Under the pieces are notes generated by a model. It was not told the DNA's origin, made no database searches, and saw nothing but the letters and a program-made list of their open reading frames with translations. From NCBI GenBank assembly GCA_964016885.1, contig OZ024741.1:155992001-156056000 (forward strand): 64,000 nucleotides of DNA, given 5' to 3'. Every line of letters starts with the position of its first letter. Position 1 is the stretch's first letter. The DNA comes from Eledone cirrhosa. Lineage: Eukaryota. Position numbers and translations under genes: made by a program. Below, in pieces: positions 24,446 through 36,289 of this stretch.

Positions 24446-24885
24446 GGATAGCCTCCTCCTTGTAAATATGGTGTTTCAACCAATTCGTTTTGAGGGCCTG
24501 CTCTTGGCCAGCCATTAGCATTCCTTCTGTAGCCTTTTTAAGGTCTCCTCTTTTCAACCAGTTCCATGTCTGTGGATCTCTGAATTCAGTTTTCTCAAAG
24601 AAGGTACTATGAAGGGATTTTTCATGAAGGCTGCTCTTCCTCCTTGTTGTTATTTCCTCCTTGGACATCACCTGGTCCTCTCCTTCAGTACAATTCTGAG
24701 CATTGGCTCCTTACTATCAGTCACGTATTTGTGTAGGTTGTTTTTCTCCATCTGAACACAGTCCTCTATGCTGATAAGACCTCTTCCACCTTCAGATCTT
24801 CTTAAGTAGAGTCTATCGACATCACTCCTCTTGTGGAACATGTTGTTTTCTCTCGCTTTTATGCGAAGTAATTTCCTCACCGCAT
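24446..24885 (-). mobile_element. R4/Dong-like LINE internal fragment
   Basis: HKRSDVDRLYLRRSEGGRGL and TWNWLKRGDLKKATEGMLMAGQEQALKTN are post-RT motifs typical of R4-clade elements. Confidence 0.8.
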
Positions 24886-24890
24886 TTGCA

Positions 24891-24894
24891 TAAT

Positions 24895-24950
<56 letters not shown>

Positions 24951-24960
24951 TAATAATAAT
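24891..24960. repeat. (AAT)n tract, the 3' tail/target of Tx1 copy 2
   Basis: Direct repeat that follows AATAAA (24967-24972, minus strand). Confidence 0.9.
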
Positions 24961-25207
24961 GATTTCTTTATTAACCACAAGGGTTTACATAAAGTAGACA
25001 TTAGGAACAGTGCAGGACAATACAGGACGGTACAAATGGGAATTTCTGCGTGTAAAAAACAAAAACAGAGGATGTAACAAAAAAAACAATGAAAAATTCC
25101 CCAATAGGGGGAGACTTCGGAGGGACATTTGTGGAGAAAGCCCAGTAAAAGCCACAGTGACCCTGACCACCAAGGCAAGTGCCCTCTCCCAGTTTCCCAC
25201 CTTTAAT

Positions 25208-28200
25208 TTACAGATATATACTCAGAGTAGGCCCATTCACTCGAGCCATTCTTGCTTCTCTCACCCATCTTTCAACAAAATGCTGGGAAGAGAGCACTTC
25301 CCTCTCTACTCTGATTTTCCTTTTCAAATGAAATTTGAAAAAGTCAATCAGAGCATCACCGAAGAGGTAAGTGCTCATCTTCAGCCCTTTCAAACGTGTC
25401 CACCATACTATCTCTTTCGCCATGGCCACCAGACAGATAAAAACTGCCTGCCCTTCCCGGCTAAAGGAGAAGGGCGGGGCAATCCTCACAATGGACTCAG
25501 ATGATAGCCGGATCCGTCCTACACGCGACAGCAGGTGTTCGACATAAACCCACAAGTCAGCAATTTTCGGACACTGGACGAGTGCGTGCAGGACGGTTTC
25601 GTCGCCCTGCGTGCATCTCGGACATGCCCGGCTGACGGCACCTCCATGCTTGTAGAGTTTATCCCGAACTGGCAATGCTCCTCGGTAGCACTGCCAGGCC
25701 AGAGATTTCTGGAAGTTGTCCATAGGCCCTGGCCCGAAAGTTCTTCCGAAGAGATTGGCTAGTTGATTTTCGTCGACGCCTAGAGTTTCCCCAAGTACGT
25801 CGTCGCTCTTCGCCTCCACTAATCCTCTATAGAAAGCCGAGGTGGAGTTTCCACCGATCACATTGCCCGATTGGTCGAGGGCTGTGAGGTGAGCGCCTGA
25901 AGACATTCCAGTCTCCAGGCGCTCCCTCTCGGTCTTCGCTTGACCCAGGACTGCAGCTCCGTCAAGGAAACGAGCTGGGGAAATACGTGTCTAGAACCGG
26001 CGACCACACCTGATCACCGTCGAGGAAGAGGTGGAGATGTCGTAGCCTGGCGTTCCTGCGCATCATCAGCCACGACATGCCCAGTCCTCCACGTAGCGGG
26101 TGTTGACAACAGATGGACCGCCTGACCATCGGAGCGCGTCCCTTCCACAAAAAGTGAAAGAGCAAACGCTCCAGCGCAGTCAGGCGAGGCTTAGGCCAAG
26201 GTACGACGGTCAGCCGGTAGCAGATGACAGACGCGATGTACGCGTTAGCCACCTCCGCTCGACCTTTCAGGGATAGTTTCCTCAGCCCATTTCTGGGTGA
26301 GAGAAGCCACCCGGCTCGTCACCTCGTGCCAGTTGTCCGTCTGGAGGTCCGGCCCGAACCAGACCCCTAGCAATTTAACCGGTCCGTCCGTCCAGGGTCC
26401 GACGACGCTGTTGGACGGCATGGACCCAGCCCTCCAGGTGCCGAGCTGCAGGCCCACTGACTTTTCCTGCTTGATCATTGCTCCTGTCACCGCTTCGTAT
26501 TCTTTTAGTGTAGTGCCGATCGCCTCGATGTGTTTGGCGTTCGACACAACTACGGTGACATCGTCTGCATATGCTGACACGGATCTTCCGCATCCTAGTT
26601 CAGGAGGGACCCCCTTAACGTCTCCAGTTTGTTCAGTAATGGCTCGAGAGTCAATACGTACAAGAGGGACGAGAGGGGACATCCTTGGCGGACCGAGCGC
26701 ATGATGTTGAACGGTTCCGACAAGTGACCGTTCACTCTCACCAAAGAGCAGATGTCGCTGTGCATGGCAGCGATCCAGCCTCTGAAGACGGGCTCAAAGC
26801 CAGCCGCCCTCAGGACTGCCGCTAGGTAACGATTGTCGACCCTATCGAAAGCTTTTGACTGATCTAAATTGATCAAGGACCCATCCGTGCCAGGTTCCCT
26901 AGCTACCCTCTCTACGATGTATCGCAGGAGGTGGAGGTTGTCGTGGATGGATCTGTCGGGAATGGCGCATGTCTGCGCCTTTCCCACCAGACCACAAACG
27001 ACAAGCGCCAACCTCTTTGCTAGCACCTTAGCCAAAATCTTGAACTCTGTGTTTAGCAGAGTTATGGGCCTGAAATTATCTATTTTATCCCCCTTGTTCG
27101 GATCCTTTCTCAGCAATGCCACCGCTCCTCGGCTCACAGAACTGGGAATTCTCCCGTTTTGTTGCCAGTTGCAGTAGACGTCCGCCAAGAGGCCTCCGAA
27201 CAAGACTGGCATCTGTACGTAAAGTTCGTAGGGCAGACCATCCAAACCAGACGATTTACCCCTTGTGCAGCCAGTCATTGCCTCCCTTACATAAGCGGCT
27301 GTTATCGGCTTTTCGCAACACTTCGCCTCAGTGGCCGAGAGCCGCGGCAGTCCGTCGAGGTAGACACTAAAGTCCATCCCTCGACCCGGCCCACCGCTTC
27401 CCCCGAACAGCTGACCGAAGTGTCGCTGAAAAGCTTCACACATTTGCCCGGGATCGAGTAGCATGCGCCCGTCGTGGTCCACCAAATACCAGATCGTGGC
27501 TTTGTTGCCACGACGCGCCTCCGCCACTCGGGCCCATTGAACGGCTTTCGTCCCCTCGTGTCTGAGAGCACGCACCCTTGCTCTGACAACGCAGCCTTCA
27601 TGCTTTGCATTGAAGAATTGGTCAAGGGCCAATTTCGCCGCAAGCACGTCGGTCGCAATGCCTTTGCTAAGCGCCAGGTCTAATTTTCTAACTAGTTCTC
27701 CCTCTGCTCTATTTTTCTCTATTGCTAAAGCCTTACTAAACCTAATCGATTCTATTCTAATCGCTCTTTTCAGAGCAAACCACCACTTGTTGTTGACGAT
27801 GGCCCCCGTCAACGCCCGCTTAACTAGTTCGCTAATCCGGTCTCTGTAGGCCTTGCGCGCTGGTAAGGACGCGTTTAACTTCCAGTAGCCGGGTCCACGT
27901 CTATGAAGCCTATCTAAGTCAAGCACACAGATCACGAATTTGTGGTCCGTGTAGCTGACTATCTTGAATTGTGCACAGCCTATGCTAGACCTATCTATTT
28001 CCCTACAAAATACTCTATCTAGATATGATCTGGATGACCCTATGCGATTTGTCCAAGTCCACATTGGCACATTCGGGAAATCCAATCGGTACCTGTCAGA
28101 CAGTTCAAAACGCCTGAGCAGGTTGCTGAGGCTCTTGCACCCTCCACCCCTATCCGCTAATACCACACAGTCCCAGCGTGCATCTAAGATCCCGTTCCAG

Positions 28201-28622
28201 TCGCCCACTAACACTAAAGAGCGGGACGTTCCAAGAAAGGTCTCCAGACGCCGGAAGAAATCAGGCCGCCCTGCTCCTGTCGGGGCATAGACGACCACTA
28301 GCCTGAAAGCTTGCCCGTCTCCGCTGGTCACGTCCAGCACCACCAACTTACCCTCTGGGTCCAGGAAGATGGCCCGTATGGCGAGATCCAAACCTCTCCG
28401 AAAAAGCACAGCAACTCCACCCCCCGATCCAGGACGGCTGGGTGATGCGTACACATCGTAGCCGCCGAAGATCGGTGCGAAGGCCCGTGCTTCGGAGATT
28501 CTAGTCTCGCTGATGGCCACTACATCTATGTTTAGTGACCTGAGGTCGTTGAGCAGGTGACCCTGCTTCCATGACGACCCCAAGCCACGCGCATTTATGC
28601 TGCCTATTCTGAGTGAGGTCAT
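25208..28622 (-). pseudogene. LINE ORF2 (APE endonuclease, RT, C-terminal CCHC), frameshifted
   Basis: Pieces at 26595-28622 (EN, DQSKAFDRV, RQGCPLS), 26245-26682 (AYADD, KLLGVWF), 25962-26252 (GGLG) and 25208-25906 (CPRC-x8-H-x4-C). Confidence 0.93.
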
Positions 28623-28657
28623 GTTTAAAATAGAGTGAAAAAGATGGGAAAGACCAC

Positions 28658-30731
28658 TTACCGTACTTTTCGTAGAGGAGGGATGGTTTTTCCATCCCTT
28701 TTCACTTGATCGTCTGGTGAAGGAACCGTTGAATCGTCCCTTCGGCTGGTCGTCGGCTCTTCTATGAGTATGTCCGAATATACTCTTCGGTTGATAGTTC
28801 CTCCTAGGTCTCTGAAATCACCAACTGCGTTGGGGAATTTCGTTTTAATGTTTGTGTATTGTTTCTGTGCTATTTTTAGTAGTCTTATGTTAGTTGGCGT
28901 TTTGATTGGTGCTGGTATTATGTAGTCGTGTTGTGAAATGTCTATGTGTTCAATTATGTAAGTCATTAGTTTCTTGTTGTGTGTATTTATTGCCGTGCAT
29001 TTGGTTTTCTGGCGGTGGGGTGTGGTTCTGCTATTTTCTTGTCGTTGTTGCTGGGTGTGTGTGTTTTGTTGTTGTGTTTGCGATGTTGGTGCTTGTGGTG
29101 GTGGTGTTGAAGGTGTAGTTGGCGGTGGGGTTGTCGCCGGTGGTGATGGTGGTGCTAGTGTCGGTGGTGATGGTGTTGGTGGTGTTGCTGCTGTGAGTTT
29201 CTTTGCAGTAGACTTTACCCTTTTTTCATTTCTTTCCTCCCTTTTCAAAGGCGACGATGCGCTGCTTCTGCCTTTGTGCCTTCTTACGACCTTTGGCCAT
29301 CCCTCTCCCACCTCACACTCCATGTCTGATTCTGTGAGGTCGGGGAAGGGTACCAGCTCCACTCTTTCACTTGTTGTTGGTGATGTTTGTACTTGAGTCT
29401 CTGTTGCAGCTGCATTTGGTATTGCTGTTGTTGTTGTTAATACTTCCACTGCTGCTGTTTTTGATTTCCGTGGCGTGGGTATGGGTGCCACGGACCTATC
29501 ATTCCTGGTTGCCGCTTGTCCTGTTGCTGGTAGCCGTGGAGCCGGTTTCGGAAGGAGGGGGGTTTTCTCCTTTCTCAGGGTCTTCTCGTTGCAGAAAACC
29601 CTGAGGTGAGTCTTAGATCCACAGCGAAAGCATTTCGGGCGTTTGCCCTCAACGCTTATGGGCAGTTGAGTGCCGTTATCGAAGTCTATCACATCCGGGA
29701 TAGCTTCGATGCACTCCTGGTTGGTTTGGATTAACATCTCAATGGAGGTGCCGACCCAATCTTCTCTTACTTTTTTCTGTACTTGCAGTACAGTTGTTTT
29801 GTCCTCGATTCCGACGAGGACAGACGCGGCCAGCCAAGAAGAGGCCATTCCGGTGGGGACGTGGGTCAGTTTGACAAATTTTTGCCCGCAGTAGGAGGGC
29901 ACCAACACCATTTCCTCGCTCCTTAGGGTCACTACGGATTGAGCCTTTGCCTCCTGGGGTGTGGCAAAAAGTATGTCTACGGTGGCATATTTCTTGCCTC
30001 GGGTGATGTGCGTTTTCCGCTTCCACACAGACCCCAAGGCTTTTTGTATTTGAGCCTCTGTGGCTCTTTCAATCCTACGGCATTTTGTACTTACTGTACG
30101 GTACGTGACCGTACAGTGCTGTTGGGTTTCGAAAAATGTTTCCGCTGCCTTGCAGATTGCTCGGTGTCCGGTTTTTGTCACCATCTTCTTCGCTTCCTCT
30201 AATTCCTCATTTGTTATTAGGATTGTTTCCAGGTTCTTCGCGATACCTGCAAACGAGATTGGTTTTTCTTTGCTGCTGTTGTTGTTGTTGTCGTCAGAGC
30301 TGCTGTTACTTTTGTTGTTGCTGCAGGTACTACGACTACTGCCGCCGCCGCTGTTGCTGTGGTTGTTGTTGTTGTTGTTGCTGCTGCTAATGCTGTTGTT
30401 TATGCTGCTGCTGATGCTGTTGCGGCTGCTACTGTTGTTTTCATTGTCACTCTTGCTGTTGTTATTACGGCTGCTACTGCTATTATTCCTGACGTCACAC
30501 GAATGAAATGGGTTTTCGTATTTCCCGCACACCTGTTTCGTCGTTGTCGTGGAGAAATCTTTGCACGAGACTTTTCTTTTCTGTCGTCGCTTGCGAAAGA
30601 GAAGGGAGGGAGAGAGACACATTTAAAGAAGGGAGGGAGAGAGGCAATCTTCTCTCTGCTGTAGTGACGATTGAGGAAGAAGAAGACGGAATGAGTGGGA
30701 GTGACCTATGAACATTCTTTTTCGTAGCCAT
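28658..30731 (-). pseudogene. LINE ORF1, frameshifted near N-terminus
   Basis: MATKK start at 30731 lies in ORF 30495-30767, while the body with CFRCGSKTHLRVFC lies in ORF 28658-30622. Confidence 0.87.
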
Positions 30732-30975
30732 GTTGTTTTTTTTTTGTTTAAAATAAATATTGGGCACAAAACCCCAATAAGCAGTTATTTAACCCCGAAG
30801 GGCCAAATAACGGGCAGAAAGACCCCTCTCACGAGGAGGAGGGTGATTTTGTCTACAAGTTCGTTAAAGTTTTAAACAATTTACAATTGTTATAGCGTTC
30901 AAACTTTACAATACCTTACAGAGCCGAGCCTCCGTCAACCATAGCATTCAATAATAATAATAATAATAATAATAG

Positions 30976-31224
30976 ATCCCGATTGTCATAGGCGCACTAG
31001 GGACTATCTCAAAAAGTTTCCAGGGATGGTTAAAGAAAATTGGCCCATTCACGCTTTTTGGAACGCTTCAAAAGGCATGCTTGCTGGGAACAGCAAGAAC
31101 CCTCCGATACGTCCTGAATAACTGAGGCTGCAGGTAGTGGCTTGATATTCATTTCAACAAACTTTCCAGTTAACTAACATCAATGACTGAGACTCAAAGA
31201 GTAATAACAATAATAATAATAATA

Positions 31225-31225
<1 letters not shown>
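30976..31225 (+). mobile_element. R4/Dong-like LINE 3' end (5'-truncated) with (TAA)n tail
   Basis: 30976-31125 translates to IPIVIGALGTISKSFQGWLKKIG...LQKACLLGTARTLRYVLNN*, the C-terminus of a restriction-like endonuclease. (TAA)n on both sides. Confidence 0.82.
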
Positions 31226-31262
<37 letters not shown>

Positions 31263-31460
31263 GGGCGGTGAATTGGCAGTATCGGTAGAGGGTCGGACGC
31301 CATGCTTTGCAGCAAAGAGTTACAGCCCTTTTTGGTCTGAGTTCAAATACCGCCGAGGTTAACTTTGCCTTTCAACCTGACGGGGTCGATAAATTAAAGT
31401 ACCAGTAATACACTGGGATAATTGCTGGCCTTGTGCCAAAAGTAGAAACAATTATTATTA
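31263..31460 (+). mobile_element. tRNA-derived SINE (Meta-domain-like core) in (ATT)n
   Basis: Full copy preceded and followed by (ATT)n. Confidence 0.9.
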
Positions 31461-31470
31461 TCATTTTATA

Positions 31471-31971
31471 TATAAGAATGTATACGTACATACATATATG
31501 TATACAGACGTACAGTAGTATGTATATATATACATACATGCACACATATATATATGTACGTATGGATTTACCGAACATTTATTATAATCCTTGGTGTGTC
31601 TGTAAACAAACATCCTGAATTAAGCCGTACAGTTTTTAGCAACCATCGTTGCCCTTTTGTTCAACACTGGCAAATGAACGATGTACTAGTTTCAAGCTTA
31701 TTAGCTATCGTCACACCGTATACCTTCCTGCCAGATGATTGAACGTCTGAAAGTATATACTTTCCTTATGTATATTAACGGCTGAGCAGCCTAATTTGCA
31801 TATAATAAATGTTCGGTAAATCCATACATACACATATATATGTGTGCATGTATGTATATATATATACATACTACTGTGCGACTGTATACATATATGTATA
31901 TACGTATACATACTTATATTTAAGTAACAGCCGTACTAAGAGTGAGAAATGAAATTTCGTTTCATTTTTCC

Positions 31972-31975
<4 letters not shown>
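31471..31975. mobile_element. Second member of the 453-bp hammerhead family, inverted arrangement with ~56-nt tail
   Basis: 31471-31586 is mirrored by 31801-31919. The middle is homologous to 24100-24297 with a decayed hammerhead core (~31678-31719). The tail matches the reverse complement of 23890-23940. Confidence 0.72.
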
Positions 31976-32054
<79 letters not shown>

Positions 32055-32879
32055 CTCACATACACATATGTTTATACATTCATATATACACACATATATA
32101 CATGTTTGTGTGTGCAATTATCATAAATAGTGTATGTTGACTGGGAAGATTTACAAAATCTTACTGGCATGTCAATAACCTCGGCAAAACCTCGAAATAT
32201 ACACGGGTCATTAATAACAATTATTCACATAGTCTGATAGGTTTGAAGCATTGTAAGCTAATGCTAATATATGATATAGTGGCTATCATAATATAGACTA
32301 CAATGTCACAGATCAATTGAAAATAACTAAGAACAGTTTATAAATATTCATAGTACTGTCCATCAACTATAGGGGGCAGGGTTAAGTTATCTAACCTTGC
32401 ACCTGAACGTGTTCGCGTGCGTACATACATACGTGCATACATACATATATAGATACATACATATGTGCATATATATACATACATACATGCATTCATACAT
32501 ACACATATATACACATTTATACATATGTATCCATGTATAAAGAAACACGTATATATGTATATATACTAATAAATATACATATATATATATATGTCTGTGT
32601 ATAATATGCACATATATGTTTTCGACGGTTATATACACCCACACACATATACATACATATATATGAATTAAATATGTCGCATCTATAGGAAGTTGGGTGG
32701 TGGGAGATGCTTTCGTAAAGATTTTATTGTGATTATTAATATTTTTCTCATTATCATCATTATTGCTGCTGTTGTTGTTTGTTGTTGTTGTTGGTGTTGC
32801 CTTCAGTCGAGTTTATAATGAAAGCTAAACCGCAACCATACTTTAGGAGTGTTCCTCTCTCTGGTAGCTATGTTGTTCG

Positions 32880-33190
32880 AGGATAAGAATCTTCCTCTCC
32901 GGCCAAACCCTCATCAACTTTTTCAAGTACCACTTAAATTTGAAGATGAAGGTAGAGAGGGGCTTCTGCCTTCTAATGTGCTTTATTAAGGATGGGTGAG
33001 AGCGGCGAGATTGACAACGATGAATATGTTTACTCTGACTATGCTTTTCGAAGTAGGGGGATAGAACCTTGGAGAAAGGCGTTTTGAATGTAAACTATAA
33101 TAAAATAAGGATTGCGGGACTGCGCCCAGATTATATATTTTTTTTATCCTGTTTGTAAAATAAGTTGGATGATTACTTTGAATAAATAAT
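32880..33190 (+). mobile_element. Diverged Tx1-like LINE 3' fragment
   Basis: Translates FLSGQTLINFFKYHLNLKMKVERGLL...WVRAAR, similar to the copy-2 ORF2 C-terminus YLFGDALIDFFKFHLKRKIRVEREVL...WVREAR. Confidence 0.65.
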
Positions 33191-33726
33191 GAAGGAATAT
33201 TACATAATTGATCTACTAAATTTCGTTATTCTTGATTAAATATAAATAATATTGTTGCTTATTTTAAGATTCACTTCTTTAACATTTTCAAATGTCAATA
33301 CTTCCGGTTAGTGATCGCTTAAATAAACATTCATATATTTCCGTCACAAATTTTTTCCTAATGCAGTTTATTTATAATATCGTCTTTTTTTAATGTATCA
33401 TGGATTACGTTACTGATTACATAAGACAGTGCAACGCATTCTTCGTTCAATATCTGTGTATATTGTCAATTACGATTTTTATTTGATGTATCATATCTAC
33501 ATGTATATATACTTACGTGTAATATCAATATGGACACTACCCATGCTAGCAGAAAACCACCCGAAAGGTGGTTTTTCTGCTAGTTGTCTTAATGTGACAA
33601 TGGTTTTGTGTGGAGTTTTCGCAGAAATTACCTTAAAGCGCAACCCCTCTTTTTATTAACATATACTAGACAACACTTATTAGTGTCTTGCACTGTTAAC
33701 ATGAATATTTATTACGATATCGATTT

Positions 33727-33945
33727 GGGCGGTGGATTGGAAGAATCGGTAGAGCGTCGGACAACATTCTTAGCGATATAATATCGTGGCCCTCTACGTT
33801 CTGAGTTCTTATCCCGCCGATATCAGCTTTGCTTTTCATCCTTACGCGGTCGATAAAATGAATCTCCATCACCAGTAAATCACTGGGGTTGATTTAATCT
33901 ACCCTCCCCTTCAATTACTGACCTTGTGCCTGAAGTAGAAACAGT
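33727..33945 (+). mobile_element. tRNA-derived SINE, diverged
   Basis: gggcggtggattggaagaatcgg...ctgagttc...gcttttcatccttacgcggtcgataaaatg...ccttgtgcctgaagtagaaac. Confidence 0.82.
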
Positions 33946-34429
33946 TTTTATGATATCGATTCATCCCCTTTGTTGATATCCTCTTTCTTTGTACACACCA
34001 CGTAGGCGTCTTCTTGATATAAACATCTGTAATACATCATCGGTTTTTATATGAGAAGCTCAACTATGAAACCTCTCAACTGACGTGGTAATGGTTTTAT
34101 TCATTGGGTAGTAAGTATTTTGTTGGATGATTTAGTCTGTATTAGACTAGACAGAGCTGTGTTAAACATTGTGTTCTTGGAATCGAGTAATTGCAATATT
34201 TATGGCTTGTCCAATATATTTAAGGGTTATTGTATTCGTTTATTTGTTGTCGGGAGTGGTTAAGTAAAAAAACATTTAGATATACCAGACGTTTCTCAAA
34301 TTCAGATGGTAATAATATACGGTTGACTTTATGTAAACTTCAGCGATATCACACGGTTTAATCTTAACTAAAAATATTCTGCTCTCTAAGAATACTTAAA
34401 ATTATTAGGATATTTAATGCCAATATAAT

Positions 34430-36170
34430 ATCAAAGATTTATGCAGAACTGATGAGAAATCTGCAGATACTCCACCCTGATTACACCCTCAGATTTATGC
34501 CTGTGATTATTGGGGCACTGGGATATGTTAGTAACTGCCTCAATACAAATCTTGAGAAGCTGAGCTTCACAGAAAGAGCATCAACACAACTAGTTAGGAA
34601 ATTACAAGTACAATCCATTAATGGAACAGTAAAAATATGTAAAACATTCCAAACATTTTGCATCTAATAACTGCATATACACATGTACAGATACAAAGCA
34701 TATACACATGCACACATACAACTCAAAACATCCACATCCACACAACAATAACATCCATATTTACACATGCAGACATGCATACATAATCTACCTAGTTGAT
34801 GTTGTGTAAATTCCAATGAGAGAGTCTTGTGTCTATGTTAGAAACCGAGTCTCTCTCTATTGGAAAAATGTTGTGAAATTATAAAACCAGAAGAACATAC
34901 ATACATAGATGCTTGGCAAAATGTAAACACAACGCATCAAACATAATGGTATGGGACAGAGAAAAGAAGTTATGCACAGTAGTGAAAATCAGCTGTCCAA
35001 CAGATGTTAATATAGGATTAAAAGATTAATGAAAATAAGAATATTTATGCTGAACTAATGGGGAACCTGCAGATATTCCATCCAAACTATATATTTAAAT
35101 GTGTATCTGTGATCATCTGTGCATTTGATATGTTATTACCCACCTCAATAAAAATCTTGTGGAGCTTTACAGAGATAGAGAGAGCACGACTAATTAGGAA
35201 ATTCTGATTACAATTCATTAATAGAATTTTAAAATATGTATAGCTACTGAAGCATATGTTCAATATAACCTAAAATATACAGATCCACACGTTCGATATT
35301 ATCAATACACAAATGCATAATGACATGTGTACAAAAGTCATATGGTATCAATGGTGAAATTCTGAGACTGTGATGATGGGAAATCTTTGGGATACAAGAG
35401 AACAAAAAAGAGACTTGAGTGTCTGCTACTGTTACAAGAAATCTACTTTCTATCTGATGTGTCGTATCAACTTCTACCAGCAAACTCTTAATTGTGATAT
35501 ACATATACAAAGCTGGATGGCATTGGCAGACATGATACGTCCACCCCATAAAAGAAACTCACTTTGCAAAAACCTACCAACCAATTGCATGCCAGAATTT
35601 AAAGTATAAACTATATACAGATTGTTTGAACCTATTCCTCCAGGATCACTTTGACAAACGCAATATCATCACAAATGAGAAAGCAACTGGAAAGAAAGGA
35701 GTTTGGGGATATGTTAAGCAACTTCTACTTAATAAAACTGGGATGTCATAGGAACTTGGTAACGGTTTGACTGGATTACAAGAAAGAATTTGATTCTGTT
35801 ATCCAGTCTTGGACGCTAGAGGGTCTTCAACACGCTAAAGTCCCATAATCAGAGCTGTAGCAAATCTAGCCGTCCTGGGTCATTATCCTGAAATGTTATA
35901 CTGAGAAGAACTATATAATCATTGATAGGATAGAATAGAATATCACAAGTGTATATTTCAAGGCAGAACTTTTTCTGTGATGTTATATATATTGTCTGTA
36001 AACCTATTATCCTTTATGCTGAAGAAATATAAAGAGTATGTAATTGTTTCACGGGATATCACAAGCAGTAACCTAACACTTAGCTTCTCTGTGGACGATC
36101 TAAAAGTGTATCCTCAAAAGGGATATAAAAACCTTCACCTGGTTATAATATTCTAGAAAGATATAGACAG
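34430..36170 (+). mobile_element. RLE-type (R4-like) LINE remnants: two 3' ends and a decayed RT
   Basis: YAELMRNLQILHP...PVIIGALG at 34440-34667, a second decayed copy near 34985-35240, and RT remnants YQPIACQNLKYKLYT, DYKKEFDSV and VDDLKVY at 35570-36110. Confidence 0.68.
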
Positions 36171-36289
36171 GATAATTGCTTCATCAATTTCATATTCCGT
36201 AACTGACTGTATCTTTTGTATTTACCCTTTTATTATTTACTGTTTTACTCAAAGATTTTCAGACCATCCGATATTTTGAACGCCAGGTA

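Larger units (their letters stand above)
24961..30949 (-). mobile_element. Full-length Tx1/L1-clade LINE, copy 2 (~6.0 kb), flanked by (ATT)n at both ends
   Basis: ORF1 plus ORF2 (APE-RT-CCHC), AATAAA then (ATT)n at the 3' end, and (AAT)n at 30950-30973. Same 5' junction as copy 1. Confidence 0.95.
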
